Part shown: piece by piece, positions 18,161 through 27,633 of the stretch | How the letters are laid out: every line of letters begins with the position of its first letter | Position numbering within the stretch: the first letter of the stretch is position 1 | DNA from: Candidatus Angelobacter sp. | Lineage (GTDB): Bacteria; Acidobacteriota; Terriglobia; Terriglobales; Acidobacteriaceae | Length of the DNA: 57,404 nucleotides | Direction of reading: 5' to 3' | Assembly: GCA_035717005.1 (NCBI GenBank) | Contig: DASTJB010000318.1 | Coordinates: 1 to 57,404 of the forward strand | The notes under the pieces: generated by a model | Databases searched by the model: none | Seen by the model: the letters and a program-made list of their open reading frames with translations, nothing else | What the model was told of the DNA's origin: nothing | Made by a program: the position numbers and the translations under genes

Positions 18161-18211
18161 GAGCTTCTAGCCAAAACGGGACTGAGGCGTGAGCGGAAGG
18201 AAAGACCGAGA

Positions 18212-19210
18212 ATGCAAGGAAAGAATTCAGAAAATGCGGGCTACGGCTGGCGGGCGGTGGTGCCGGCGAGCTCGGCCAATCTGGGCTGCGCGTTCGACTG
18301 TGGCGGGCTGGCGCTGAGGATTTATCTTAAGGCGCTGTTTCTGCCGTCGGAGGGAACGGAGTTGAGCCTGGAATACCGGGGAAAGACCCCGGAGCGTTTC
18401 CCGATCGACAGCTCCAACCTGGTGCTGCACGCGCTGCGCTTTGCCGCCGCGAAGCTGGATGCGCCCGCTCCCGCGGGACACGTAGCGGTGGAAAGCGAAA
18501 TCCCGATCAGCGTGGGGCTGGGCAGCAGCGCAGCCGCGGTGATTGCGGGGCTGCTGCTGGGGGCGCAGTACAGCGGGCGCGAGGCTGCGCCCGAGCAGGT
18601 GTTGCGGTGGGCGGAGGAGGTTGAAGGTCACATCGACAATGCAGCGGCCGCGTATTACGGCGGGCTGGTGCTGGCTTTATCAAACAACGTCGATCAGGTG
18701 ACCGCGTTGAAGACGAATTTTCCCGAGAGCATACGCCTGGTGATCGTCACGCCCGCGGTGACCGTACCCACGCATGAGGCGCGGCAGGCGCTGCCCAAGG
18801 CCTATGATCGCGCGGAAGTTCTGCACACCCTGCAGCGGACATCGCTGCTGGCGGCCACGTGTTTCTCCGGCCGCTTCGATCTCTTCCCTGCTCTCTTTGA
18901 CGACCGGCTGCACCAGCCATACCGGCAAAAGCTGGTGCCAGGCATGGAGCGCTGCCTGCGCTTGCGGCGTCCGGGATTGCTGGGCGTGGCGATCAGCGGG
19001 TCAGGCTCGTCAGTGATTGCATTTGTGGTGCAGGACGAGCGTGACGTGGCGGAGGAGTTGCAGAAGATCTTCGCGGAAGAAGGACTTGAAAGCGAGGCCC
19101 TGTTCACCACGGCCGACAACAACGGCGCGAGCGTCACGCGGGAGCCGGTTCCGCTGGTGGACAGGCTGGGGCGAGTTCTGCAGAAACTGGGGAAGAGCAA
19201 TGAGCAGTAG
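18212..19210 (+). CDS. thrB: Homoserine kinase
   Basis: GHMP kinase motifs SSANLGCAFDCGG and PISVGLGSSAAAVIAG. Start set at the ATG at 18212, after GGAAGGA. Confidence 0.9.
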   Translation: MQGKNSENAGYGWRAVVPASSANLGCAFDCGGLALRIYLKALFLPSEGTELSLEYRGKTPERFPIDSSNLVLHALRFAAAKLDAPAPAGHVAVESEIPISVGLGSSAAAVIAGLLLGAQYSGREAAPEQVLRWAEEVEGHIDNAAAAYYGGLVLALSNNVDQVTALKTNFPESIRLVIVTPAVTVPTHEARQALPKAYDRAEVLHTLQRTSLLAATCFSGRFDLFPALFDDRLHQPYRQKLVPGMERCLRLRRPGLLGVAISGSGSSVIAFVVQDERDVAEELQKIFAEEGLESEALFTTADNNGASVTREPVPLVDRLGRVLQKLGKSNEQ

Positions 19211-20672
19211 ACGTTTGATCGTAATGAAGTTTGGCGGCACGTCAGTGGGCAATGCCGAGCGCATACGCCAGTGCGCCGGGATCGTGGGCCGCGCGGCCCG
19301 GCAGGACAACATCGTGGTGGTGGTCTCCGCCATGGCGGGCGTGACTGACCTGATCTTCAGGACCATTGAAGCGGCACGGCATGGCGATGCCGCGGCAACG
19401 AAAGCAAATCTGGAGAAGTTTGAGACCGTACACCGCGAGATGATCGCGCAGCTCTTCGATGCCGAGCACGCAGATGCGGCGCAGCGCTTTGCCAGCGAGG
19501 TTTTCTCGCAATTGCATAGCGCGTGCCAGGCGCTTTCAGCGCTGCGCTCGGACATTTCGGCGCAGACGGCGGACTCGCTGGTGGCGCTGGGCGAGCGCAT
19601 CTCAGCGTGGGCGCTGGCACAATTCCTGCAGCAGAGCGGAGCGAGCGCCGGGTTCGTGCGCGCGGAAGAGGTGATCGCAACCGACAGCAACTTCGGCAAT
19701 GCGGCGCCGGAGATCGAGCGCACGCGGCAGAATTGCGCGCGAGTGCTGCGGCCGCTGATCGAGCGGGGAGTGGTGCCGATCGTGGCCGGCTACAGCGGCG
19801 CCAACGCGCAGGGCAAGACCACAACGCTGGGCCGCGGCGGCTCGGATTATTCGGCGACGATCATCGGCGCGGCCGCCGGCGCGGACGAAGTCTGGATCTG
19901 GACCGACGTTGACGGCGTGCTGACGGCCGATCCGCGCATTTGCCCGGATGCGGCGACCCTGCCGGAGATCAGCTTTGCCGAGGCGATCGAGCTGGCGTAC
20001 TACGGCGCCAAGGTAATCCACCCCAAGGCCGCGTATCCGGCCATGGATTGCGGCATTCCGGTGTGGATCAAGAATTCCTTCCGCCCTGAAGTTGCAGGAA
20101 CCAAAATCACGCAGGCGGCCCGGCCGGCGAACTCGCCGGTGAAGTCAGTGACCTCAGTGAAAGACGCTACGCTGATCACGCTGGTGACGCGGCGCGACGT
20201 GCATCCGGTGGAGCTTTGGGGACGGCTGTTTTTGCGGCTGGGACAGGAGCAGGTCGAAGTCCTGTTTGCGACGCAATCGTCGCCGGAGCACGCGCTGGGA
20301 CTGGTCCTGCGCAGAGAGGACGCAGCGCGCGTCCTCAAGCTGATCAATGTGATCTTTCGCATCGAGCTGGCGCAGGGCGTATTAAACCCGGTGGAGGTCA
20401 ACAACGAGATTGCCGTGATCGCCGTGCTGGGCGAGTCGATGAAAGGCACCTGTGGAATCCTGGGGCGGGTCTTCTCCGCGGTGGCGCGGCGGGAGGTGAG
20501 CGTGATTGCGGTGGCGCAGGGCGCCAGCGAGTTGAGTATCTGCTTTGCCGTACCGGCAGAGCGAGTCGCCGAAGTGGTGCGGGCGGTGCATGACGAATTC
20601 TGCGCGCCCCCGGCGACGAACATACCGGTCTGCCTGCGGCCCACGGCGGCAGCGACCACGGGAGCGCAATGA
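19200..20672 (+). CDS. ask: Aspartate kinase (monofunctional, with ACT domains)
   Basis: LIVMKFGGTSVGNAERI N-terminus, GRGGSDYSA motif, and C-terminal ACT-like repeats. Start set at the ATG at 19200, which overlaps the thrB end by 11 nt. Confidence 0.9.
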   Translation: MSSRRLIVMKFGGTSVGNAERIRQCAGIVGRAARQDNIVVVVSAMAGVTDLIFRTIEAARHGDAAATKANLEKFETVHREMIAQLFDAEHADAAQRFASEVFSQLHSACQALSALRSDISAQTADSLVALGERISAWALAQFLQQSGASAGFVRAEEVIATDSNFGNAAPEIERTRQNCARVLRPLIERGVVPIVAGYSGANAQGKTTTLGRGGSDYSATIIGAAAGADEVWIWTDVDGVLTADPRICPDAATLPEISFAEAIELAYYGAKVIHPKAAYPAMDCGIPVWIKNSFRPEVAGTKITQAARPANSPVKSVTSVKDATLITLVTRRDVHPVELWGRLFLRLGQEQVEVLFATQSSPEHALGLVLRREDAARVLKLINVIFRIELAQGVLNPVEVNNEIAVIAVLGESMKGTCGILGRVFSAVARREVSVIAVAQGASELSICFAVPAERVAEVVRAVHDEFCAPPATNIPVCLRPTAAATTGAQ

Positions 20673-21976
20673 ATCCGACTTCGACCAACTCACAGGCGGT
20701 GGGGCACGTGCTGCGCTGCGTGCATTGCGGCAAGATACAGGAAACCGCCGATCGAATGTTCCGGTGCAGCGATTGCTCGGAGCTGCTGGAGGTGCTTTAT
20801 CCCGAGTGGGAAGGCGCGCCGGCGGGGTTCGCTTCGCGGTTGCGGGAAATATGGCGGGAGCGGCGCGGATCCAATCTTCCGGAAAACGCGAGCGGCGTGT
20901 GGCGCTTCCGCGAGCTGTTGCCACAGGTGGAGCGCGAAAACATTGTCACCATGAGCGAGGGCAACACGCCGCTGGTTGCATTGAAGAAAACGGCACAGGC
21001 ACTGCGACTCCCGAACCTGCTGGTGAAGCATCAGGGCATGAACCCGACGGGATCCTTCAAAGACACGGGAATCTCAGCCGCGATCACCATGGCCAGGGCT
21101 GAGGGCTTTTCCTGGGTGTGCTGCGCCTCAACGGGCAACACGTCGGCTTCAGTAGCGGCGTATGCGGCGCGCGCGGAGATGAAGAGCATGGTCCTGCTGC
21201 CGGCGGGGCAGGTGGCTGCAGGCAAGCTGGCCCAGGCGCTGGAATACGGCGCGCACGTTCTGCAATTGCGCACGGATTTTGATGGCTGTTTGAAAGTCCT
21301 GCATGACGTGGTGCGCAAATTTCCGGCGTACCTGCTGAACTCGCTCAATCCATACCGGCTGGAAGGACAGAAGACGGTGGCATTCGAGTTGATGGAGCAG
21401 CGGGAATGGAGAGTGCCCGATCACGTGATCGTGCCGGGAGGAAATCTGGGCAACAGTTCGGCGCTGGGCAAAGGATTTCTGGAGCTGCGTGAATTAGGAC
21501 TGATCAAGGACCTGCCGAAGATTTCGATCATCCAGGCTGCGGGCGCAAATCCGCTGGTACGCACTATGCGGGAGAACGGCGGCAACCAGCTGATTCGAGT
21601 CAACCCGGAGACGCGCGCCACAGCGATACGGATCGGCAATCCGGCCTCGTGGCGGAAAGCCGTAGCGGTGCTCAAGAACACCGGCGGCGCGTGTGAGGAC
21701 GTGAGCGAGCGCGAGATCGCAGAGGCAAAGGCGGAGTTGGGAGCTGAAGGCATCGGCTGCGAGCCGGCGTCAGCGGCAACCCTGGCTGGGCTCAAGAAGC
21801 TGGTAAGCGCAGGATTTGTGAAATCCGCTGAAACGGTGGTGCTGGTCCTGACCGGACACATGCTGAAAGACGTCGATTATATGAAGCAAGCGCCAGGACA
21901 GAGCCTCCTCGGCCCGATGGAGCCCGACAGCGACACGGTGGTCAAGACATTGGAGAAGATCTATGCAAGGCATTGA
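20669..21976 (+). CDS. thrC: Threonine synthase (paralogue 2, in thr operon context)
   Basis: CVHCG...CSDC zinc ribbon and the PLP motif NPTGSFKDTG. There is an ATGA overlap with ask. Confidence 0.9.
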   Translation: MNPTSTNSQAVGHVLRCVHCGKIQETADRMFRCSDCSELLEVLYPEWEGAPAGFASRLREIWRERRGSNLPENASGVWRFRELLPQVERENIVTMSEGNTPLVALKKTAQALRLPNLLVKHQGMNPTGSFKDTGISAAITMARAEGFSWVCCASTGNTSASVAAYAARAEMKSMVLLPAGQVAAGKLAQALEYGAHVLQLRTDFDGCLKVLHDVVRKFPAYLLNSLNPYRLEGQKTVAFELMEQREWRVPDHVIVPGGNLGNSSALGKGFLELRELGLIKDLPKISIIQAAGANPLVRTMRENGGNQLIRVNPETRATAIRIGNPASWRKAVAVLKNTGGACEDVSEREIAEAKAELGAEGIGCEPASAATLAGLKKLVSAGFVKSAETVVLVLTGHMLKDVDYMKQAPGQSLLGPMEPDSDTVVKTLEKIYARH

Positions 21977-23324
21977 AGAGCAGGCAGCCGAAAAATCTGC
22001 GCAGTCGCCGGCGCGGCAGCAGGTGCGTGTAGGCATTGTGGGCTACGGAACGGTGGGTCGCGCCACCGCGGAGATTCTGCTGAGCCACGCCGAGGAGATT
22101 CGGAGGCGCACCGGCGGAGTTGCTGTGGTGGTAACGCGAATCTGCCGCCGGCGGGCGGCTGCGTCAGAAAATGGCGTAAATGGGGTTCCTGTTGTCTCGG
22201 ACTGGCGTCAGGTAGTGACGGCGAACGACGTCGATATCGTTGTGGAAGCCATTGGCGGAACGACGACGGCTTTCGACGTGGTGCGCACGAGCCTGGAGCA
22301 CGGCAAAGCCGTGGTAACGGCGAACAAGGCGCTGATCGCGCTGCACGGAGATGCGTTGTTTGGGCTGGCGCGCGAAAAGAACCTGCCCATCGGGATTGAA
22401 GCCACCGTCGCGGGCGGCGTGCCGGTGGTCCGCGCGATCTCAGAAGCGCTGGCCGCGGACAGGATCCAGGCGGTCTATGGCATTGTGAACGGCACGTGCA
22501 ATTACATCCTGACGCAGATGGAGCAGCATGGAATCGAGTTTGCCCACGCGCTGGAGCAGGCCCAGGCCGCGGGATACGCGGAGGCTGATTCTAGCCTGGA
22601 CATCGACGGGCTGGATGCGCGGGACAAGATCGCGATTCTGGCGCGCATTGCCTTTGGCCAGGGCATTCGTCCGGCGGAGATTCCGGTGACGGGCATTCGC
22701 AATATCACGGCGACGGACTTTCACTACGCCCACCGTTTGCATTCGACGATCCGGCTGGTGGCTTCGGCGGAGCGTACAGCGCAGGGGATCCACATTGCGG
22801 TGCAGCCGTGGCTGGAGCCGCGCGATTCCATGCTGGCGAAAGCCGCGGGAGCGAACAATGCCATCTTTATTGCCGGGGAAAAAGTCGGGACCCAGATGCT
22901 TTACGGCCGCGGCGCCGGCGGCGGCGCAACAGGAACGGCGGTCCTTTCCGACGTGTTGCAGATCGCGCGGCAGATTGCGCGCGGACAGGCTTCCACCAGC
23001 CTGTTGTCCGGCTTTGACGGCGCTCCCACACTGCATCCGGCGCCTCGTCCGGCGCCCGTGAGCTGGTTTTTGCGGCTGACGGTGGCGGACCAGCCGGGCA
23101 TTCTGGCGCGCACGGCCGAAGCGATCGCGCACGAGGGAATCAATATCGATTCAGTGATTCAGGAGCCGAACATGAACAAAGACCGGCTCTCCTTCGTGAT
23201 CACGCTGGAGCCGACGCTGGAGACGACGGTGCAGCGCGCGGTGGAGGCGATCAACAAGTTCGACTTCATGAAAGCGCCGGTGCTTCTGCTGCCGATGATT
23301 TCGCCGGTGGAAGAACATGTGTAG
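21963..23324 (+). CDS. hom: Homoserine dehydrogenase with a C-terminal ACT domain
   Basis: VGIVGYGTVGRA NAD loop, the homoserine dehydrogenase core (GIVNGTCNYILT), and a C-terminal ACT-like region. Overlaps thrC by 14 nt. Confidence 0.9.
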   Translation: MQGIEEQAAEKSAQSPARQQVRVGIVGYGTVGRATAEILLSHAEEIRRRTGGVAVVVTRICRRRAAASENGVNGVPVVSDWRQVVTANDVDIVVEAIGGTTTAFDVVRTSLEHGKAVVTANKALIALHGDALFGLAREKNLPIGIEATVAGGVPVVRAISEALAADRIQAVYGIVNGTCNYILTQMEQHGIEFAHALEQAQAAGYAEADSSLDIDGLDARDKIAILARIAFGQGIRPAEIPVTGIRNITATDFHYAHRLHSTIRLVASAERTAQGIHIAVQPWLEPRDSMLAKAAGANNAIFIAGEKVGTQMLYGRGAGGGATGTAVLSDVLQIARQIARGQASTSLLSGFDGAPTLHPAPRPAPVSWFLRLTVADQPGILARTAEAIAHEGINIDSVIQEPNMNKDRLSFVITLEPTLETTVQRAVEAINKFDFMKAPVLLLPMISPVEEHV

Positions 23325-23332
23325 GAAATACG

Positions 23333-23416
23333 GTACTTGGTATTTAGTAGTTAGTACTTGGCAAAAGCGCGGTCTCGCGAACGCGAGCTTTTTCCTAATT
23401 ACTAAATACCAAGTAC
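23333..23416. repeat. AT-rich 22-bp inverted repeat (GTACTTGGTATTTAGTAGTTAG / CTAATTACTAAATACCAAGTAC, 1 mismatch) flanking a small terminator hairpin
   Basis: Arms at 23333-23354 and 23395-23416. GTACTTGG is also directly repeated within the left arm region. Located between convergent hom and ggt. Confidence 0.6.
23374..23393 (+). terminator. Intrinsic terminator after hom (possibly bidirectional)
   Basis: CUCGC-GAAC-GCGAG followed by CUUUUU. The complementary strand has CUUUUG a few nt after the stem. Confidence 0.5.
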
Positions 23417-23427
23417 TAAGTACCGGT

Positions 23428-25095
23428 TCAATGCATCGGCTCCGGTTCTGCCATGCCATCGGCTCGCGGATCAGACGCCGCGGAGTTCATTCCGGTCTTC
23501 GAGTTATGCACCACCACCTGGCCACGGCCCATCCTTGCCGTATATTCCGCACGCACGATCAGGTTGTGGCCTTTCTGCCGCAAGGCTTGAAGGACATCGG
23601 GCGGGACACGCGACTCAATCACAATGTCGCAACTGACCTGGTTGCTGTTCACGGTAAAGCGCGGCGCTTCCAGGGCAGCCTGGATGTTCATGTTGTAATC
23701 GACGAAGTTGGAAACAAATTGCGCGTGGGCCAGCGGCTGGTTGGCTCCGCCCATAATGCCGAAGCCAATATGTATGTCGCCGCGCTCCATGAATGCGGGA
23801 ATGATGGTGTGAAAAGGACGCTTGCGCGGCTGAAGAGCGTTGGGGTGGGAGCGATCAAGCGAGAACAGGGCGCCGCGGTTTTGCAAGGCAAAGCCAAAGC
23901 CATTCACTACTATCCCCGAGCCAAAGCCGGAGTAGTTGCTCTGAATGAGCGAAGCGATGTTGCCTTCTTTGTCTACGACAGCAAGATATGTGGTGTCACT
24001 GGTGGGCGGATTTCCCGGACCAGAATCGCAGTTGGCCTTGTTCGCGTCGATCTTCGCGGCCCTTTGCGCGGCGTACTGTTTCGAAAGCAAGCCGGAAACG
24101 GGAACTTTCGCAAAGCGCGGATCAGCGTTATAGCGATAAAGGTCGGCATAAGCGAGCTTCATGGCTTCAATCCGCTTATGGATTTCAGCCTCGCCTCTGG
24201 GACCGTCTTTGCCGGGCTGGAACTGCTCCATGATGTTCAGCATTTCCAGAGCCGCCATGCCCTGGACGTTGGGCGGCAGCTCGTAGATCTTCCAGCCGCG
24301 ATAGTCGATGGAAATCGGCTCAACCCACTCGGCCGAGAACTCTGCCAGGTCGTCGAGTTGCATGGTCCCGCCGAAGGCGGTGGAAGTGCGCACGATTGCC
24401 TGGGCGATCTCACCTTTGTAAAACGCGTCGCGGCCTTGTTCGGCAATCAGGCGGAGAGCTTTGGCAACATCAGGATTGGTGAACCTGGAACCCAGCGCAG
24501 GGACTTTGTCATTCGGGAGAAAAACGCGGCGAGCCTCTTCGGTCTTCTCGAGCTTGGCTTCCTCGTCAATCCAGTAGTCATAGATGATTTCGGGAACGCC
24601 ATAGCCGTGCTCCGCATGGTGGATTGCAGGAGTAAACAGGTCCTTCCAGGGGAGCCGGCCAAAACGCTTGTGCGCCTGGCTCCAGCCTTCCACCGCGCCG
24701 GGAACGGTCACCGTCTGAATGCCGTCGTGAGGCATGACGGTGATGCCGTGCTGGGAGAGAAAATCGATAGTGAGCTTGCGCGGCGCCCAGCCGCTGGAGT
24801 TCAGGCCATAGAGTTTGCCGGCCTTCGCGTCCCAATAGATGAGGAAGAGATCGCCGCCGATGCCGTTCATCATCGGTTCGGTGACGCCAAGCACCGCGTT
24901 GGCCGTGATGGCCGCATCCATCGCCGAGCCTCCGCGCGCAAGGGTCTGCGCTCCCGCCTGCGAGGCGAGATAGTGGCTGGTGGCAACAATGCCGCGCTCA
25001 GTGAAGACCACGGAGCGGCCATACGATCGGTCCTGAGTAACGCCGTTACAGGTCATGGCCAGAAACAGGAAGAGCAGAAGAGTTTCACGTTGCAA
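23428..25095 (-). CDS. ggt: Gamma-glutamyltransferase
   Basis: 555 aa with a signal peptide, the GGDLFLIYWD motif, and the autoprocessing site ...PPTSDTTYLAVVD followed by GFGSGIVV. Confidence 0.9.
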   Translation of the reverse strand: MQRETLLLFLFLAMTCNGVTQDRSYGRSVVFTERGIVATSHYLASQAGAQTLARGGSAMDAAITANAVLGVTEPMMNGIGGDLFLIYWDAKAGKLYGLNSSGWAPRKLTIDFLSQHGITVMPHDGIQTVTVPGAVEGWSQAHKRFGRLPWKDLFTPAIHHAEHGYGVPEIIYDYWIDEEAKLEKTEEARRVFLPNDKVPALGSRFTNPDVAKALRLIAEQGRDAFYKGEIAQAIVRTSTAFGGTMQLDDLAEFSAEWVEPISIDYRGWKIYELPPNVQGMAALEMLNIMEQFQPGKDGPRGEAEIHKRIEAMKLAYADLYRYNADPRFAKVPVSGLLSKQYAAQRAAKIDANKANCDSGPGNPPTSDTTYLAVVDKEGNIASLIQSNYSGFGSGIVVNGFGFALQNRGALFSLDRSHPNALQPRKRPFHTIIPAFMERGDIHIGFGIMGGANQPLAHAQFVSNFVDYNMNIQAALEAPRFTVNSNQVSCDIVIESRVPPDVLQALRQKGHNLIVRAEYTARMGRGQVVVHNSKTGMNSAASDPRADGMAEPEPMH

Positions 25096-25146
25096 TCTGC
25101 ACCTCGAAGCGAAGTCAAGCGCAGAATTATAGTGGAGGCATGCGCA

Positions 25147-25956
25147 CTACGGAGATTTCTTCTTCCGGCTCCAGCTGAACCTTCGGCCAACGATCGCTTT
25201 TACGATGAGATGGTCCGTGGAGCGGGTCACACCTACGCCTACGCCAAAGTTCAACTCCCAATCCGGAGACACATTCAGGTCGATCGATGGGAAAAACTGC
25301 TGCTGCTGTTCCGCAATGGGATCAAAGCTGGTGATAGGGCCGAGCGAACCATAGTATTCCAGTCCTCCGCTGACGACTTTGCTGAAGTCATAAGACACCT
25401 TGGCATTGGGCGAAAACTCAAATCCGGCGCTCACGTTCTCGCCGTGCAGCGACTTATCGATGGTGGGATTGAACGAGAAATACCAGGGCCCCAGCTTTTT
25501 GTCGATGATCGGCCGCATCTCCCAGGTCCAGGTATCGGCAGAGAAGGATCGTCGCTGATATCCGATTTCATTGGAGAGGCTCAACCCAACCGGCCAATGC
25601 CATTTTTCAGGAATGCGAAAGCGGGGCCGGATGTGGTCGCCGACCCAATCCCAGCCATCGCCCGGGCGCGCGCTGGTGAAGATATAAAAGCCGGTTTCAA
25701 ACCAGTCATTCCAGCCCTGCGTGATCTCGATGGTTTCGTGCAGCGCATGATTGGTGGGGCGCACTCCATCGATCAGGTTCTTTTCGCCCTGTACGGTGAA
25801 ATTGGTGTGAAATTCAACCATGGTGGCGTGAGGATCGACGGTATCGGCAGAATAGACCTGGATTTCATAGTTGTCCTGCGCTGCAGCGGCACTTCCGCAA
25901 GCGAGAAAGGTAAGCAGCAAAAGACCGGGAACCTGGAACGGAATGTCTCGGACCAC
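25147..25956 (-). CDS. Putative outer-membrane beta-barrel protein (hypothetical)
   Basis: Signal peptide VVRDIPFQVPGLLLLTFLACGSAAAAQ. The sequence has alternating aromatic/beta-strand-like character and ends in ...VGRRFSW-like terminal strands. I chose the GTG at 25956 because GGAGGAG lies 8 nt upstream. The ORF extends to 26061. Confidence 0.5.
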   Translation of the reverse strand: MVRDIPFQVPGLLLLTFLACGSAAAAQDNYEIQVYSADTVDPHATMVEFHTNFTVQGEKNLIDGVRPTNHALHETIEITQGWNDWFETGFYIFTSARPGDGWDWVGDHIRPRFRIPEKWHWPVGLSLSNEIGYQRRSFSADTWTWEMRPIIDKKLGPWYFSFNPTIDKSLHGENVSAGFEFSPNAKVSYDFSKVVSGGLEYYGSLGPITSFDPIAEQQQQFFPSIDLNVSPDWELNFGVGVGVTRSTDHLIVKAIVGRRFSWSRKKKSP

Positions 25957-26109
25957 CTTCAGCGCTCCTCCGGACCGAAATTGGTGAAACTTCTCTTGAG
26001 AGAGCTTAAGCTGCTCCGGGCGGCGAAGCAATTTTGACTGACAATAAAGAGGGCCGCCCATGCGGCCCCCTTTATACCTTTTCCTTCTCCTTGCTTCCGA
26101 TCTTTATCT

Positions 26110-26328
26110 TCAGGCTGCTTTGGCAGCTCTCTTTCTCTCCGCCCAGCGCTTTTTCATCATTTCTGATATGCGCCTCTTCGCAGCTGCACTCAAACGCCGA
26201 CGTCCCCGCCGGCCCCTGCCTAAGCCGGCGCCCGCACGACGCCCCATGGAACCGCGAAGAGCGGAAATAGCCTGCTCAAGCCGGTCCCTTTCAGCTTCCA
26301 GTTCTGAGATGATCTGTTGCGTGTCCAT
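26110..26328 (-). CDS. Small basic protein (72 aa): helical N-terminus and an Arg/Lys-rich tail
   Basis: Strong SD (GGAAGGAG) 5 nt before the ATG at 26328. No family recognised. Confidence 0.55.
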   Translation of the reverse strand: MDTQQIISELEAERDRLEQAISALRGSMGRRAGAGLGRGRRGRRRLSAAAKRRISEMMKKRWAERKRAAKAA

Positions 26329-27110
26329 ATAGCTCCTTCCGCAAGCATGCTAGCAGCGAACGCCACAACCTGCAACAAGAGGCTTTAGTTTCCCACGTCT
26401 TATCAGCCACAGATTTTGGTTAAACTATCGCTCAACTAGTATCTTTTTTACTAAACCACTCATTATTTGAATACTGTTTAAGTCTGCCGACCACATCCCT
26501 TTATTTCTTTCTGCAAGCGTAAGCCTGCAAACAAAAACAGACGACTCTAACTTCGACTATTCCCTTCCCTGAATAAGAGCGGCCTGCCCGGCCAATGAGG
26601 AGCGCACGCGCGCGCGATGTGACATATTTTGCGCACAGTTCGTCTGGCCTTGAGGCCCAAGAGCTCAGAAAGTCCTGACCGGGCAACCTGATGCACGCGG
26701 ACCTTTCTCTCGTCTCGTTGCACGATGTTCACGCAGGCTGGTGCAGTGGTTTTATCTATGGATGTCATAGCTTAATGCACTTCGGCCGTGAACTATCCTG
26801 GCTACTTTGAGTCATAGGCCAGTTACTCGCCATGCGATGCGGTACTAAATTGTTCGCAAAATCTATTTCGGAAATGCACCGATAGAAGACTTGAACACCT
26901 TCTCCTGCGTGAGGACTTGCGGCGGCACAGGGCGTCCCTCGCTCTCGCATTGAGTCGAAACCCACACAAGTTCACTGTGACTCCGGTCACTGCAGCGACT
27001 GCCCGGCGGAAAACATCATCAAGTGTGGTGATTGCGCCACGAAGGCAGCGCTCGCAAACGGGCGCCTGAAAATTTCCCGTTGCCGGAAGGGCGCACGCTC
27101 GCAGCTCGGA

Positions 27111-27356
27111 GTGAAAGCTCTCGGCGCTTCTCATGGCCAGGTCGTCGTCCTTTTCATCGCGGAGGCTGCATTGGCTGCTGCATTGCCGGTAAAAACGTCC
27201 TGGTTTTATGTCGTCCTGGCGGAAGTCATTGCGGTCGCTGCAGGACTGCTGGCCGGTGTCTTGCCGGCAAGGGTGGCTGCGCGGCTCGACCCGGTCCAGG
27301 CGTTGCGGACTGAGTCACTGACTCCTAATCCTTTGATCAGTAAGGACTTTCATTGA
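27111..27356 (+). pseudogene. Decayed C-terminal fragment of an FtsX/MacB-type permease
   Basis: VKALGASHGQVVVLFIAEAAL ... LPARVAARLDPVQALRTE matches the conserved FtsX block and the C-terminal tail of the intact permease at 11199-14018 (PARRATRVDPLVALRYE). The N-terminal ~800 aa and internal TM helices are missing. It lies in an AT-rich, gene-poor stretch. Confidence 0.55.
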
Positions 27357-27633
27357 AACTGCCAGGTTCATTCAAGGCGAACTTTGCATTCATAAAGCAT
27401 TAAAGTAATTTCAGGCTTGATTAGACAGAAAAAATTGATTTTTCCACAGACACATCTTGCCAAGTCCGGTGTCTACTAGTATTATTTAAGGTCATTCCCC
27501 TGCTTTGGGGAGTTTTGACCCAGGCAGGGGCCCTTCCTTGTTTCTGCTGCAAGTTCCTGACAACTCCACGAGTTTGCTCAGGACGCCTCCTGCCTTCCTT
27601 CGGGCCCCGAAATATCGCTATACGAGGTTGTAA

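Noticed and set aside
17737-18162. 141-aa ORF in the thrB upstream region
   Set aside because: It spans two promoter-like sites, the direct-repeat array, the Thr leader ORF (in another frame) and the terminator. The translated sequence has no protein-like features. The region is better explained as regulatory or non-coding.
19010-20659. Minus-strand ORFs 19010..19723 and 20000..20659 opposite aspartate kinase
   Set aside because: They are antisense to a gene with canonical kinase and ACT motifs. No independent support.
23317-26037. 906-aa plus-strand ORF, the fourth-longest ORF in the track
   Set aside because: It runs antisense across the whole of ggt and the outer-membrane protein gene, both of which have clear family motifs or signal peptides. 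Its translation is Arg/Gly/Ala-rich with no recognisable domain. This is a typical shadow ORF of GC-rich DNA.
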